NCBI RefSeq assembly: GCF_001194135.2
Contig: NC_068982.1
Location: 37,879,979 to 37,943,650, forward strand
Source of the DNA: Octopus bimaculoides
Taxonomy: Eukaryota
Reading direction: 5' to 3'
DNA length: 63,672 bases
The position numbers were made by a program, and so were the translations under genes. The notes beneath the pieces were generated by a model. That model searched no databases and was not told the DNA's origin. It saw only the letters and a list, made by a program, of their open reading frames with translations. Shown here piece after piece: positions 38,909 through 50,941 of the stretch (position 1 is the first letter of the stretch; each line of letters begins with the position of its first letter).

Positions 38909-39324
38909 AATATGAACTAAATTTAATTCAAACCTGTCCTTTCTGTTTAAAAATATATTACTAAAATCATTCCTGAAGCATTGTATGTTTTCATTCTATA
39001 CTGAATGTTATCCCAAATTTCATTTAAAGAAAAATGGGTTTCAAATACTACAGTATCAGCTATCTTAACCAAGTCATTTCTGTTGGTAGCTTGTTACTTT
39101 GCATTACTTGTGGTAACAGACTGTCCTACTATCAGATATATATAATTATAATTTACATGTGTAATAGGGTTTTATTTTTATGCTAGTTATTTCTATTTGT
39201 TTATAATTGTCTACTGAAGTAACCTAAATTTTTAAAAAAATTGAATCAATAAAATGACACTAATGATATTGACAGCCACTTTGAATGTTTCCCAAGTGAG
39301 AAATGAGCCCAGCCTATGTAGAAT

Positions 39325-39480
39325 GAATTTCTGAAGCTACAAAAGCAATGTGGAAGTGTAAATATGCAAATGACTAAAGCGGTAGTTAGTAGCAGGAGCC
39401 ACAGAAGTCAAACAGTATCAAGGAAATAACATTGGTCTGTATGTTGGGAGACAATTGTTGTTAAAGAAATATTAGTACAA
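39325..39480 (+). pseudogene. ancient RTE RT-to-zinc-finger linker fragment
   Basis: SVNMQMTKAVVSSRSHRSQTVSRK*HWSVC aligns with RVNLAKTKILISRKVDKTQTPSGRWPCSVC at about 48150-48240. Confidence 0.55.
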
Positions 39481-40359
39481 GTTTTAAAAAGAGGCTTTGA
39501 TGTGAGTCAGTTTCCACATGACAATTGTAAATCTTGAATGGATAGAAAAGCAGGTAGAGAATAACATAATAGTGCAGGCTGTCTTGTACACTTTATAAAT
39601 GTTGTGTAAATGTGAGCCTTCACTATTGCAAGTTACACCAATATTGGGTCAATAAATGAATGTTTAGTCAGGAAAATGGCAATTTTGCAGTAGGTAATCA
39701 TAGAAAATAAAACTGTAAATGATAAATAAAGCAAGACATGATGTTTATGCATGAAGCAGTAACTATGCTTAAATTCTACCACATAAAAACTCATTTGCTA
39801 TATTTCTAGTCAGACAACTAAATTGCAAATCTTTGACACAGTCACATCTATTTATTATTAAAGGTGTTTTGTTGATTGGTTGAGCTCTCTCATTCAGTGA
39901 TGAGAGTTCAGTTGCTCAGCCAACTGAATTACTTCTGAAACAATGTGTAAGTACCTTAGCATTCTACAGATACATAGACCTTTGATGTAATTCTCAGGTA
40001 GAATCAGTGACACATTGTGTGACAAGGCTGCACCTTTTGAATAACATGCAACCCACTTAACAGGGAGATACAGTGTCCATCTCCCAATTTCACTCACTAG
40101 ATATGGATTGGCCTAAAACTATAGAAAATGGTATTTGGTTTAGGTAACACACAGTGGAATTGAACCTGAGATCATCCTTGCCATTGTGAAGCAAAGTTCT
40201 TAACTATTTAGCCATACTATGCTTACTGTATAATGTACAACCATGCTGAAAAAAACATAGAGTAAGAATTGGCAGTAAACCCAATAAATAACAGTGCAAA
40301 AGTGGTGTGGGTGTCTCTGAAGTTTTGTTGTTATTCATCTGTTTAATTTAATCTGTGAA

Positions 40360-40560
40360 ATTCATAACTGGAAGCTGTACAGAAAAAAATTGGAGGTGTA
40401 AATATGCTAATAATTAAAGTAGTAATTAGTATCAGGGGGCACAGAAATCAAACAGCATTAAAGAAATGATTCTGATCAGTATACAGGACGGAAAGAAGCA
40501 GGAATTTAGCACTCAAGGGAAACATTAGATATACAAGAATGTCAAAGAAGTAGCAGCACC
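40360..40560 (+). pseudogene. second ancient RTE fragment covering the same region
   Basis: GVNMLIIKVVISIRGHRNQTALKK*F*SV; DNA similar to 39350-39440. Confidence 0.5.
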
Positions 40561-41690
40561 AAATGTGCTAGAAGCAACTAACAGCATAAGAGATCACAGT
40601 CTAAGATGGCTTGAATAAAACACTAAAATTAGTTCATATGTCCTGTTATTGACATGATTAAGAGCTGCAACTTAGTGGTCATTAAGGCATTGTGAAGAAT
40701 ATATTGCAGTATTTTTCTCTGTCTTTCTGTGGTCTGAGTTCAAATCACACTAAGTTAATTTTGCCTTTCATCCTTCTGGGGCTGATAAATAATAGGATAG
40801 GATAGTGGATTGGTGGAATCTGTTAGAATGTTGGACTGTCTCTTTATGTTCTGAGTTCAAATTCTGGATTTCTATCACCAGTCTTCTTGAAGTAGGAAAA
40901 CAGGTCCTTTCAACATCCAGCTTTCAGTGATAAGTCTCCAATAGACAGAACAATGCATTGATTTGAGTAATATGTTAATTGCATCAATATAAGCAAGTGA
41001 CCCCTGCATGAAGCAATATAAATGCTAGGAAAGAAAAAAGTGAAATAGTGTGGTTAATAGTAGAGATGTGTATGACAAGAATATGGTGAGTTTTAGGGTT
41101 TTAGGAGCAATGGCAATAAAATTCTCTCTTCAAATCATAGATTTGTGTCAAAGTTTTTAAAACATGTCTACAAGATGAGATGGTATATGATTAGTTTTGG
41201 ACAAAAGCTATACAAAGAAACAATGATGATGATGATTATGGTGACAGAAAGAAGAGAACAACTATAGCAATAACAATATCAAAGTTAGAATGACAATATA
41301 TATGGTTAGGACTCATGGCAGAGACCATGTTCCCTATAGTTGAGAGAGGTTTTGTCAATAGACTAATTAAGAATCAATTTTAAGACTGATATTGCTAAAT
41401 GCAATATAACCATGATAGGGAAGCAGTGGTTTTACTCTTTTGAACAAAAAAAATATGATCTTTCATGTTACTCATCAAAAATGGCACATTAATTTTATTG
41501 AAGAGAACATTAATATTGAAAAACAATAAAGTAATGAAAAGATAAAAGCAATGTTGTAAAATGCTACATCTCTTAAACCTCTCCCCATTCTTTCTCTCTT
41601 TCTCCCCCTATCTCTTACGCTCTCTTACGCTCTTCTCCCTCCTCTCACGCTCGTCAATTTATTGTTTATTTTTTTTTCATTCTATTTCAG

Positions 41691-41813
41691 AGGAAACCTG
41701 TGGCCTTCGCTGTGAGGACAAATGTTTCCTTTGATGCTTCATTGGACGATGACTCCCCAGTCCATGGATATGCCATCTCCTTCACATGCAAGGATTTCTT
41801 GCACATACTGGAG
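41691..41813 (+). CDS. CACNB: CaV-beta SH3 exon: [41 protein letters not shown]
   Basis: tctatttcag|AGG ... GAG|gtaagt, 123 nt, phase 0/0. Hallmark [11 protein letters not shown] and KDFLHI motifs. Confidence 0.96.
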
Positions 41814-42639
41814 GTAAGTAACACTTTCTAAACATTCTTCTTGGCTATACTATTAATATTTTAATGAAATGAAAATGTGTTTGTCATTATGCTACAGACA
41901 ATAACATCCATTCATTTCACTGTTTGCACTAAAATATTACCAGCAAATAAAGTAAGCAAAACACTTGCTGGTACATTATAAAATACAGTTCTAACACTAA
42001 CAACTCCTTGAAGTTTAGTTGTCTCTCTAATGGCACTAAACTATCAATCACATTGTGTTATGTTGTGATATGTCATCATGCTTCCCTAAGGATGGGTAGT
42101 ATACTTAGCAAGCCTAGACCCTCTAGGGAATGGTAGGAGTGGAATGAATGATAGTAGGCCAATGTAGTTGAATTTTTAGTAGATGTGCTAGAATTTATTG
42201 ATTACTATGAATATATATGACTAGGTTAACAAGTTCATGGCTTGCATATTTAAAGGTTTTGTTTTTGAAAGATACTTATTAGAGATGGTGATAATTACAA
42301 AGACATGTTGAATAGGTATTTTTTAAAGTAATTATTATGTTAAAAAAACTAAAAAGAACAGATAATACAAATAATATAAGGAGTAACAATAAAAAAAAAC
42401 CCGTCATACTTTTTGTAAATGTTCTTAACTACTGCCTACTGTCTTAGTGGTTAGGTATGTGTAACACTATTCTACCATATGATTTCCACTGAAATGCTGC
42501 TGTTTCACTTCAAATAGATCATAATTTTATGACACATATGTTTTAATATGATTCATTATTATATATACATAATTATATATGTGTGTGTTTGTGTGTATGT
42601 ATTTATATATGTATGTATATATATGTGTATGTATATATG

Positions 42640-42716
<77 letters not shown>

Positions 42717-42771
42717 TCTATATACATGCATATCTGTATCATTTGTATATGTACATACATATACATTTCAT

Positions 42772-43050
42772 CATCATCATTTAACGTCCACTTTCCATGC
42801 TAGCATGGGTTGGACGATTTGACTGAAGACTGGTGAATCAGATGGCTACACCAGGCTCCAATCTGATTTGACAGAGTTTCTACAGCTGGATGCCCTTCCT
42901 AACACCAACCACTCTGAGAGTGCAGTGGGTGCTTTTACGTGCCACCGGCACGAAGCCAGTCAGGCGGTACTGGCAACGGCCACACTCAAAATGGTGTATT
43001 TTACTTGCCACCTGCATAGGAGCCAGTCCAGTGGCACTGCCAATGATCTC
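42772..43050 (-). mobile_element. RTE LINE 3' end (5'-truncated) with 2 UTR repeat units
   Basis: (CAT)n-TTAACGTCCACTTTCCATGCTAGCATGGGTTGGACGATTTGACTG is the near-exact reverse complement of 49282-49349. Confidence 0.85.
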
Positions 43051-43052
43051 AC

Positions 43053-43400
43053 ATCATCATCATCATCATCGTTTGACGTCCGTTTTCCATGCTGGCATGA
43101 GTTGGATGGTTTGACTGAGGTCTGGAGAGCCAGCAGCTGCACCAGGCTCCAATCTGATCTGGAATTATTTCTACAGCTGATGCCCTTCCTAATGCCAACC
43201 ACTCTGAGAGTGTAGTGGGTGCTTTTTATGTTCCACCAGCACAGGAGCCAGTCAGGCAGGCCTGGAAACGATCACGTTTGGATGGTACTTTTTACATGCT
43301 GCCGGCATGGGAGCCAGTCTGGGGGTACTGGTATCGGCCACATTTGGTTGGTGCTCTTTACGTGCCAGCAGCATGGGAGCCAGCCACACCAGCCCCAGCT
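43053..43400 (-). mobile_element. second RTE LINE 3' end in tandem, about 3 UTR repeat units
   Basis: (CAT)n-GTTTGACGTCCGTTTTCCATGCTGGCATG, then roughly 65-bp units starting GTGCTTTTTA. Confidence 0.82.
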
Positions 43401-43919
43401 ACAATATTGATTTTATTTGACTCAACAGAACTTCTCAAGCATATCCTATCACCCGATGTATATATATATACATATACATACATACACAAGGCAGTGCCCC
43501 AGCATGGCTGCAGTCAGATGACTGAAACAAATAAACGATATATATATATATAAACATATATAAACACATACATGCATGTGTGTTTGCATATATATGTATA
43601 TATGTATGTGTATTTGTGTATATATGAATGTGTATGTGTATATATATATGTATGTATAAATTATAGCTCAAGAAGAAGCACACTCTAAGATGTAGAGCAA
43701 TATATATATTAATACATATATTTTACAAACAATTCTAGATCTTAGAGTGTACTTTTTCTTTTGGATTTATGTTTTTTACAAATGATATATATATAAGTAC
43801 TCGTCACACACAAATGTACATTACACACACAAACACAGATGCATGTATATATATGGATACACATCATAGAAGAACCAGAATGGAAGAAGCAGAGCAAGAA
43901 GACACACAAAGACGGAAAG

Positions 43920-43964
43920 TGTCACTGAAGAGGTCACAAATGTGTGATGAAAGATTTCTGGACA
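43920..43964 (+). ncRNA. minimal type I hammerhead ribozyme motif
   Basis: TGTCA-CTGAAGA-G-GTCACA[AATG]TGTGAT-GAAA-GATT-TC-TGGACA. 6-bp stem II, stem I with one bulged G, UUC cleavage triplet. Confidence 0.65.
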
Positions 43965-44147
43965 ATGGATATGTGTAAGAAGAAGAACAGTAATAAATGA
44001 GTGAAGAACAAATATATAGTGCATGTGTTTATTTGGCAAAAAAAATGACCATCCCGAAATACGACACACACACACACACACACACATATATTCACCATGA
44101 TAGATCGCTAGCCACTACACATTCTTTTTTTTCTCTCCTTGTTTCTT

Positions 44148-44380
44148 ATTTCTTTATTGCACACAAGGGGTTAAACATAGAGGGAACAAACAAGGACAGA
44201 CAAAGGGATTAAGTTGATTACATCGACCCCGGTGCATAACTGGTACTTATTTAATCAACCCCCGAAAGGATGAAAAGCTAAGTCAAGCTTGGCGGAATTT
44301 GTACTCAGAACGTAACAGCAGACGAAATACCGCTAAGCATTTCACCCGGCATGCTAACGTTTCTGCCAGCTCGCCGCCTT
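44148..44380 (-). mobile_element. young SINE family A insertion with 11-bp TSD
   Basis: CpG-rich copy with CCTTGTTTCTT at 44137-44147 and 44377-44387. Confidence 0.85.
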
Positions 44381-44396
44381 GTTTCTTTCTGTATTC

Positions 44397-44432
44397 CTTT
44401 CTGTGGAAGAGCGTAGGCTTGAAACGTTAAAG
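44397..44432 (+). ncRNA. minimal type I hammerhead-like motif with variant core
   Basis: CTTT-CTGTGGA-A-GAGC[GTAG]GCTT-GAAA-CGTT-AAAG. Stems I and II pair and the ACGT stem III is palindromic. The core has U in place of A6. Confidence 0.55.
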
Positions 44433-47023
44433 ACTTTTTCACTTCCCGGGCATTATACATATGTGTATTTATCAGCTTTGTTTTTGTTGATAAGATTTAT
44501 CAACAACTTTTCCTGTGATCATGATTTGAGAAGACATATAGAAGTATGCTAAAGATCGGACATAATCTCTTGTGGGCAAGAAATGTAAAATGAAGTTTAT
44601 TATAAACAACACAAACACTTTGTAATTTAATAGCTTTCCATGTGATACCAGTTAAACAGAGATTATTTTTATTTAATGAAAATTTAATAAAATCTAATCA
44701 TAAGTAAGTGAAATTATGCTAAATACAACTAAATTGAAAACCTTTTCCCCCTGTCCATATTGGCAATTCTGAATACTTTTGAATGCAAATTTTACACAAG
44801 TAGAAACTCTTTTTAACAATTTTTATCCTGAAAATCACCTGCGCATATTACACAGGTGTGCAAATTATATGGGTTTTTACAATATATATATACCTTTTAT
44901 TTATTTCAGTCATCTGACTTTGGCCACTATATATATACTGGTCAATGTATCATATATCTGTAAAAGAACCACACTCACGCATACACATGCATGCACACAC
45001 ACACACACGCATCAGAACTCTATAACAGAATGCAATAAAGTGTTCCCCCTGATGGTCCATTGCAGTTAAGCATCCAGATGTACCTGATACTGAGTTCCAA
45101 ATAACTGCAACCATGAAACATATGTAGGAACTAATAATTTATATTTATGTTAATCTTAATTTTCTACTACATATGCTCAGTATATCATAGATTGTAACAC
45201 TGCTAAGTACAGTGGTAGACTAAGCAGTATACTAGAAGCTGGGTGGATAATGATAATATATGTGGAGCTTTAACTCATACTGTTGTAGTTGTACATCTAA
45301 CTGTACATACAGGGTATATATGTACTTATATATATGTGTGTGTGTGCACGCATCCGTGTGTCCTTGTCTTGACATCTTACAGTGGTTGTAAACAAGCTTT
45401 GTTCATTTTCAGTCTTCTCTGAAAAACATGTTTGGCTATAGAAAACATTGCTTTGCTTGGTAACAGGTGTGTGTTGGTGACAGGGATGGGTGGGGGCATC
45501 TGACCATAGAAAATTTGCCTTAATAGATTCCTTCTGACCCATGCAAGCATGGAAACTATTAAGACATTGATGATGATAATGACAATTGCACACACACACA
45601 CACACACACACACCTTCATTACTATTATTTCTGTTCACTTCCTTGGTTGCATATCTCAGAGGAAACAAACACATCACAGAGTGGTATAAACCCTCAACTC
45701 TTTGTAGTATATAGCAACCCTATTATTATTGGCAATACTAAAAATACATCCAGGACAGTTAGTAAAGTTTGGTTTTATTAAGATTTGGTTGTCTTCAACT
45801 GTTAATTCTTTGTAACTCTTTAATGGCTTACCTCAGACTTGATGACTGATGAATAATTAGGAGATATGATTTTGCTAGATGTAAGATGTGCTTTCTGGAA
45901 TTGGGGGTAACTACAAATGGAATATTTCTGTCTATGTCTTTCTCAACATTGCAATAGTTTCTCTATAAATCTTTGGAAGAACATTTTTATTTTTCTCAGT
46001 TCTCTCTCTCATCTAGTTCAGTCTGTAACTATTGCACATATATGTCTTGCCATATTAAATAAGATTTCTTTCACTATGGGATGGATGGTGAAAGTTAAAT
46101 TCTAAGTATTGGTGTGTCAATGGCTTTGCTATAGAGATCAGTTTTAAATAGTTTTTATTTTCCTTAATTATTAAAATGTCCAGAAGTGAAAGTTCCTCTT
46201 CACTCATTTCCAGTGTGACCTGTATTGATTCATCAATATTATTGATTAATTTATGGAATCTTTATAATGTCTTTCTTATTTCTGTTCCAAACTATGAAAC
46301 AGTTATCTAGGACTCTTTTCCAATTATCTTCTAAATGAGATTGGAAATGCTGATCAAAAATAAACATGGATTGGTTATAAATGTTTTCTACTAAGAATTC
46401 CATCATTAGTGTCACAGAAGTGAGTATGGCTTTCATGCTCATTGCTGCACCTTTTATTTGAAAGTAATATCAGTTATCTTATTTTTTAGCACTAGTGGTA
46501 ATCCTTCAAGTATGATTTTGTGTGTGTGTGTGTGTGTGCGTGCGTATATATATATATATATATATATATATATNNNNNNNNNNNNNNNNNNNNNNNNNNN
46601 NNNNNNNNNNNNNNNNNNNNNNNNNNNNNNNNNNNNNNNNNNNNNNNNNNNNNNNNNNNNNNNNNNNNNNNNNNNNNNNNNNNNNNNNNNNNNNNNNNNN
46701 NNNNNNNNNNNNNNNNNNNNNNNNNNNNNNNNNNNNNNNNNNNNNNNNNNNNNNNNNNNNNNNNNNNNNNNNNNNNNNNNNNNNNNNNNNNNNNNNNNNN
46801 NNNNNNNNNNNNNNNNNNNNNNNNNNNNNNNNNNNNNNNNNNNNNNNNNNNNNNNNNNNNNNNNNNNNNNNNNNNNNNNNNNNNNNNNNNNNNNNNNNNN
46901 NNNNNNNNNNNNNNNNNNNNNNNNNNNNNNNNNNNNNNNNNNNNNNNNNNNNNNNNNNNNNNNNNNNNNNNNNNNNNNNNNNNNNNNNNNNNNNNNNNNN
47001 NNNNNNNNNNNNNNNNNNNNNNN

Positions 47024-47098
<75 letters not shown>

Positions 47099-47925
47099 AA
47101 GAGAAATATATAAACATATGCGACATGGTACACATCTCTATTATCTAAAGATGAGACATTTTTCACTGACACTTCTCAATAATAATTAATTAGAGTAATG
47201 TGTGTGTGCGTGTAAAAACTAACCGTCATAATTAACTTCTCTGAAATTATAGTTAAATATATGTCTTTATTGCGTATCATCATCATTCCATCCTTGATAT
47301 TATCATCATCATACATCTCTTTTTCCAATGCTCACATGGGTTGGGTGGATCTCACACCATCCTGCTTCTAATTTCAGTCTTTTATCCTTTGGTACTTAAG
47401 GAACATAAAAGGCGAGCTGCCTTTGCCGTATCCATCATATTTTTGGCATAATTTGTATGGCTGGATACTCTTCCTATCACCGGCCTCACCACAGCATGGG
47501 TTAAGTGCATTGTATCATGCACCAACACTATAAGTGGTTGTACTCAAAGTTACAGTTCTCTTGTGTTGATACTTGCAGAGTTCATGTTGCCTAGTCATTC
47601 CTTTCCTTTTTGACATATTTTTTTGTGGGATGCTCTTCCTCTCACCCACCACTTTGCAATGTCAACTGGGTGTATTTTATTATGCTGTCACTGTTAGAGA
47701 AGTTGTTTCTAAAAGGGCCAATATATATTTTCTCCTTATGTCACTTTTGTATATTCTTTTCCTTTTTTTTTTAGTTTTCCCCTTTCTTTTCATTTAAATT
47801 GTTATCCTTGTGGTTGTATTTGTACATATCTTAATTTTGCATTATGAAGCCATTTTATTTTTATCAGCAAGTGGAGTCATTCCATAGATCAGACATTGGC
47901 ATTATTTGTTGCATTCATATTGGGA

Positions 47926-49349
47926 AATGAGTACAGCAATGAATTCCGGGTAGAGGTAGGGGTCCACCAAGGTTCCGTCCTCAGCCCCCTATTATTTACC
48001 ATAGTCCTCCAGGCAATCACAGAGGAGTTCAAGACAGGTTGCCCCTGGGAGCTCCTCTATGCTGATGACCTTGCCCTAATTGCGGAGTCACTATCAGAAC
48101 TAGAGGAGAAGTTTCAGGTGTGGAAGCAAGGTCTAGAATTGAAGGGCCTTAGAGTCAACCTAGCTAAAACCAAAATCCTAATAAGTAGGAAGGTAGATAA
48201 AACACAAACCCCTTCAGGTAGATGGCCCTGCTCAGTATGTAGAAAAGGAGTAGGTAGTAACTCTATAAGATGTACCCGGTGCAAGCTATGGACACATAAG
48301 AGGTGCNNNNNNNNNNNNNNNNNNNNNNNNNNNNNNNNNNNNNNNNNNNNNNNNNNNNNNNNNNNNNNNNNNNNNNNNNNNNNNNNNNNNNNNNNNNNNN
48401 NNNNNNNNNNNNNNNNNNNNNNNNNNNNNNNNNNNNNNNNNNNNNNNNNNNNNNNNNNNNNNNNNNNNNNNNNNNNNNNNNNNNNNNNNNNNNNNNNNNN
48501 NNNNNNNNNNNNNNNNNNNNNNNNNNNNNNNNNNNNNNNNNNNNNNNNNNNNNNNNNNNNNNNNNNNNNNNNNNNNNNNNNNNNNNNNNNNNNNNNNNNN
48601 NNNNNNNNNNNNNNNNNNNNNNNNNNNNNNNNNNNNNNNNNNNNNNNNNNNNNNNNNNNNNNNNNNNNNNNNNNNNNNNNNNNNNNNNNNNNNNNNNNNN
48701 NNNNNNNNNNNNNNNNNNNNNNNNNNNNNNNNNNNNNNNNNNNNNNNNNNNNNNNNNNNNNNNNNNNNNNNNNNNNNNNNNNNNNNNNNNNNNNNNNNNN
48801 NNNNNNNNNNNNNNNNNNNNNNNNNNNNNNNNNNNNNNNNNNNNNNNNNNNNNNNNNNNNNNNNNNNNNNNNNNNNNNNNNNNNNNNNNNNNNNNNNNNN
48901 NNNNNNNNNNNNNNNNNNNNNNNNNNNNNNNNNNNNNNNNNNNNNNNNNNNNNNNNNNNNNNNNNNNNNNNNNNNNNNNNNNNNNNNNNNNNNNNNNNNN
49001 NNNNNNNNNNNNNNNNNNNNNNNNNNNNNNNNNNNNNNNNNNNNNNNNNNNNNNNNNNNNNNNNNNNNNNNNNNNNNNNNNNNNNNNNNNNNNNNNNNNN
49101 NGACTGGCTTGTGCGGGTGGCACATAAAAGACACCATTTCGAGCGTGGCCGTTTTCGTGCGGGTGACACGTAAAAGCACCCACTACACTCTCTGAGTGGT
49201 TGGCGTTAGGAAGGGCATCCAGCTGTAGAAACTCTGCCAAATCAGACTGGAGCCTGGTGTTGCCATCCGGTTTCACCAGTCCTCAGTCAAATCGTCCAAC
49301 CCATGCTAGCATGGAAAGCGGACGTTAAACGATGATGATGATGATGATG
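47926..49349 (+). mobile_element. young 5'-truncated RTE-clade LINE: RT C-terminal half, Cys/His finger, N-gap, 3' UTR, (GAT)n tail
   Basis: GVHQGSVLSPLLF and LLYADD (48058-48069), CSVC-x10-CTRC-x4-HKRC, and no stops before the gap at 48307-49101. 9-bp TSD ATATTGGGA at 47917-47925 and 49350-49358. Confidence 0.92.
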
Positions 49350-49710
49350 ATATTGGGATCTTGATATCTTAGTATGCATCATTGTTATCTACAAATATTT
49401 ATCCCTAAAGTTACCTTCAAATTGGTTTTCTGTTGTATTTGTTCACAATTTCATGGTTCTGTGTTCTTGTTATTGACAAACAATCTTTGTTGTGTGTATA
49501 TTGCTTGAAGTTTTGAATCTTGTATGTGATTCCTATTTTATATGCTAGTAGGGTACTTTCTAAGGAGTTCAGTTGCTACATTGAGTAGATTATGCAATCA
49601 TGCATCAGCTGTTTCTCTACTACCAAAAATATGTCACTTCATCTCACATCTTTTCAGAGACTACCACACAACAAATCCACCAAATAAAGTTCTGACATCA
49701 CAAAAATGGT

Positions 49711-49923
49711 TTAATACTTTAACATTCAGTTTATTCTGTCAAATGTAATGCTTATTTACTCACAATGTTTGGAATTATTCATGCATTATATCATAGCTTG
49801 GCAATTTCGATAATGTAATTGTTTATTTTTAGAATGATATTGTAGGATAGGTGTGAGAGGCCAGATCTGCATGTTTTGAACATAAAATTGGTAGAATATT
49901 TGGGCCAAATCTTAAAAGGTTAA
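49711..49923 (-). mobile_element. piggyBac-like MITE
   Basis: TTAA at both ends (49711-49714, 49920-49923), right end AAGG|TTAA. Inverted relative of 9665-9847. Confidence 0.55.
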
Positions 49924-50807
49924 TGTAGCACTAAAGCAAGCCATCATACATAGAAAGCATGATATTTTCCTTTTATATCACACACAACAAAGCTAACATA
50001 CCACACATACAAAAGACAAACATAAAAGACATCTGTTACACACAGCTTGAAATGACCTTCACTCATTGTAAAATAGACAGGAAAGAATAAAGCAAATGAT
50101 ATAAAAATGTATACTTGATGTACTCACTGACCCAACTATTTGTCAACATATGGAAACTTCAGTATTTCCATAGTAACTATGCCAATCTCTTATCACTACT
50201 ATATTTTCCTTTAAACCCCACCCATTCCCCCAAAAAGCAGCAAAAAAGAGGATAAACCTTCACATTTAAACAGTGGTCTGTCCCAACTCCAATAAAACTA
50301 TTGCCAATTAACTGTAACCAGTTTGTCTGTCTTTGCTATAGGTACCATTAATTAGATACTGGATAACAACATAGCATTGTGAATGTCATGTTCGAAACAA
50401 TTTTAACTGTTATGTCATATGTTTTCTTCAGTTTTGATTTAAAACTTTTCTGTTTTTTTCAAGTTGCACTTGATTTTATAGGATAATAGTATGTCATTGG
50501 TCAGAAAGATACACTTAATGTTGTTTCAGTGTTCCTATTTATTAACTTTTTATCAACACTCAAAGGCAAGAGTGTCATCTCTTAAGAGATATATTAGAAC
50601 TTGAAGGTCATTTTTCACCAATCACATTGAGATGTATTTCTTTATCATATTTGGTGTTAGCCTGAAGTATTGTGCAAGAATATTTCCTTAGAGGCCAAAT
50701 ATGAAATTTAGTCATATTTAGAATCAAAACTGGTAAAGAATCATAATTCTATCTTGAACATTAAATGAATTAATAAAAACCATATTCTTGTCAAATTTTT
50801 ATTGTAG

Positions 50808-50941
50808 AAATTCAGTAATGATTGGTGGATTGGCCGAGCTGTTAAAGAAGGCTGTGATGTTGGATTTATCCCTAGTCCTGCAAAATTGGAAAACCTGAAG
50901 CTCCAGCTCACAGGTTCTGGTAGGGGAGGCAAGTTTTATGG
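50808..50941 (+). CDS. CACNB: CaV-beta SH3/HOOK exon: [44 protein letters not shown](G)
   Basis: tttattgtag|AAA ... TAT GG|gtaagt, 134 nt, phase 0/2. Hallmark DWWIGR.VKEGC..GFIPSP motif. Confidence 0.96.
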
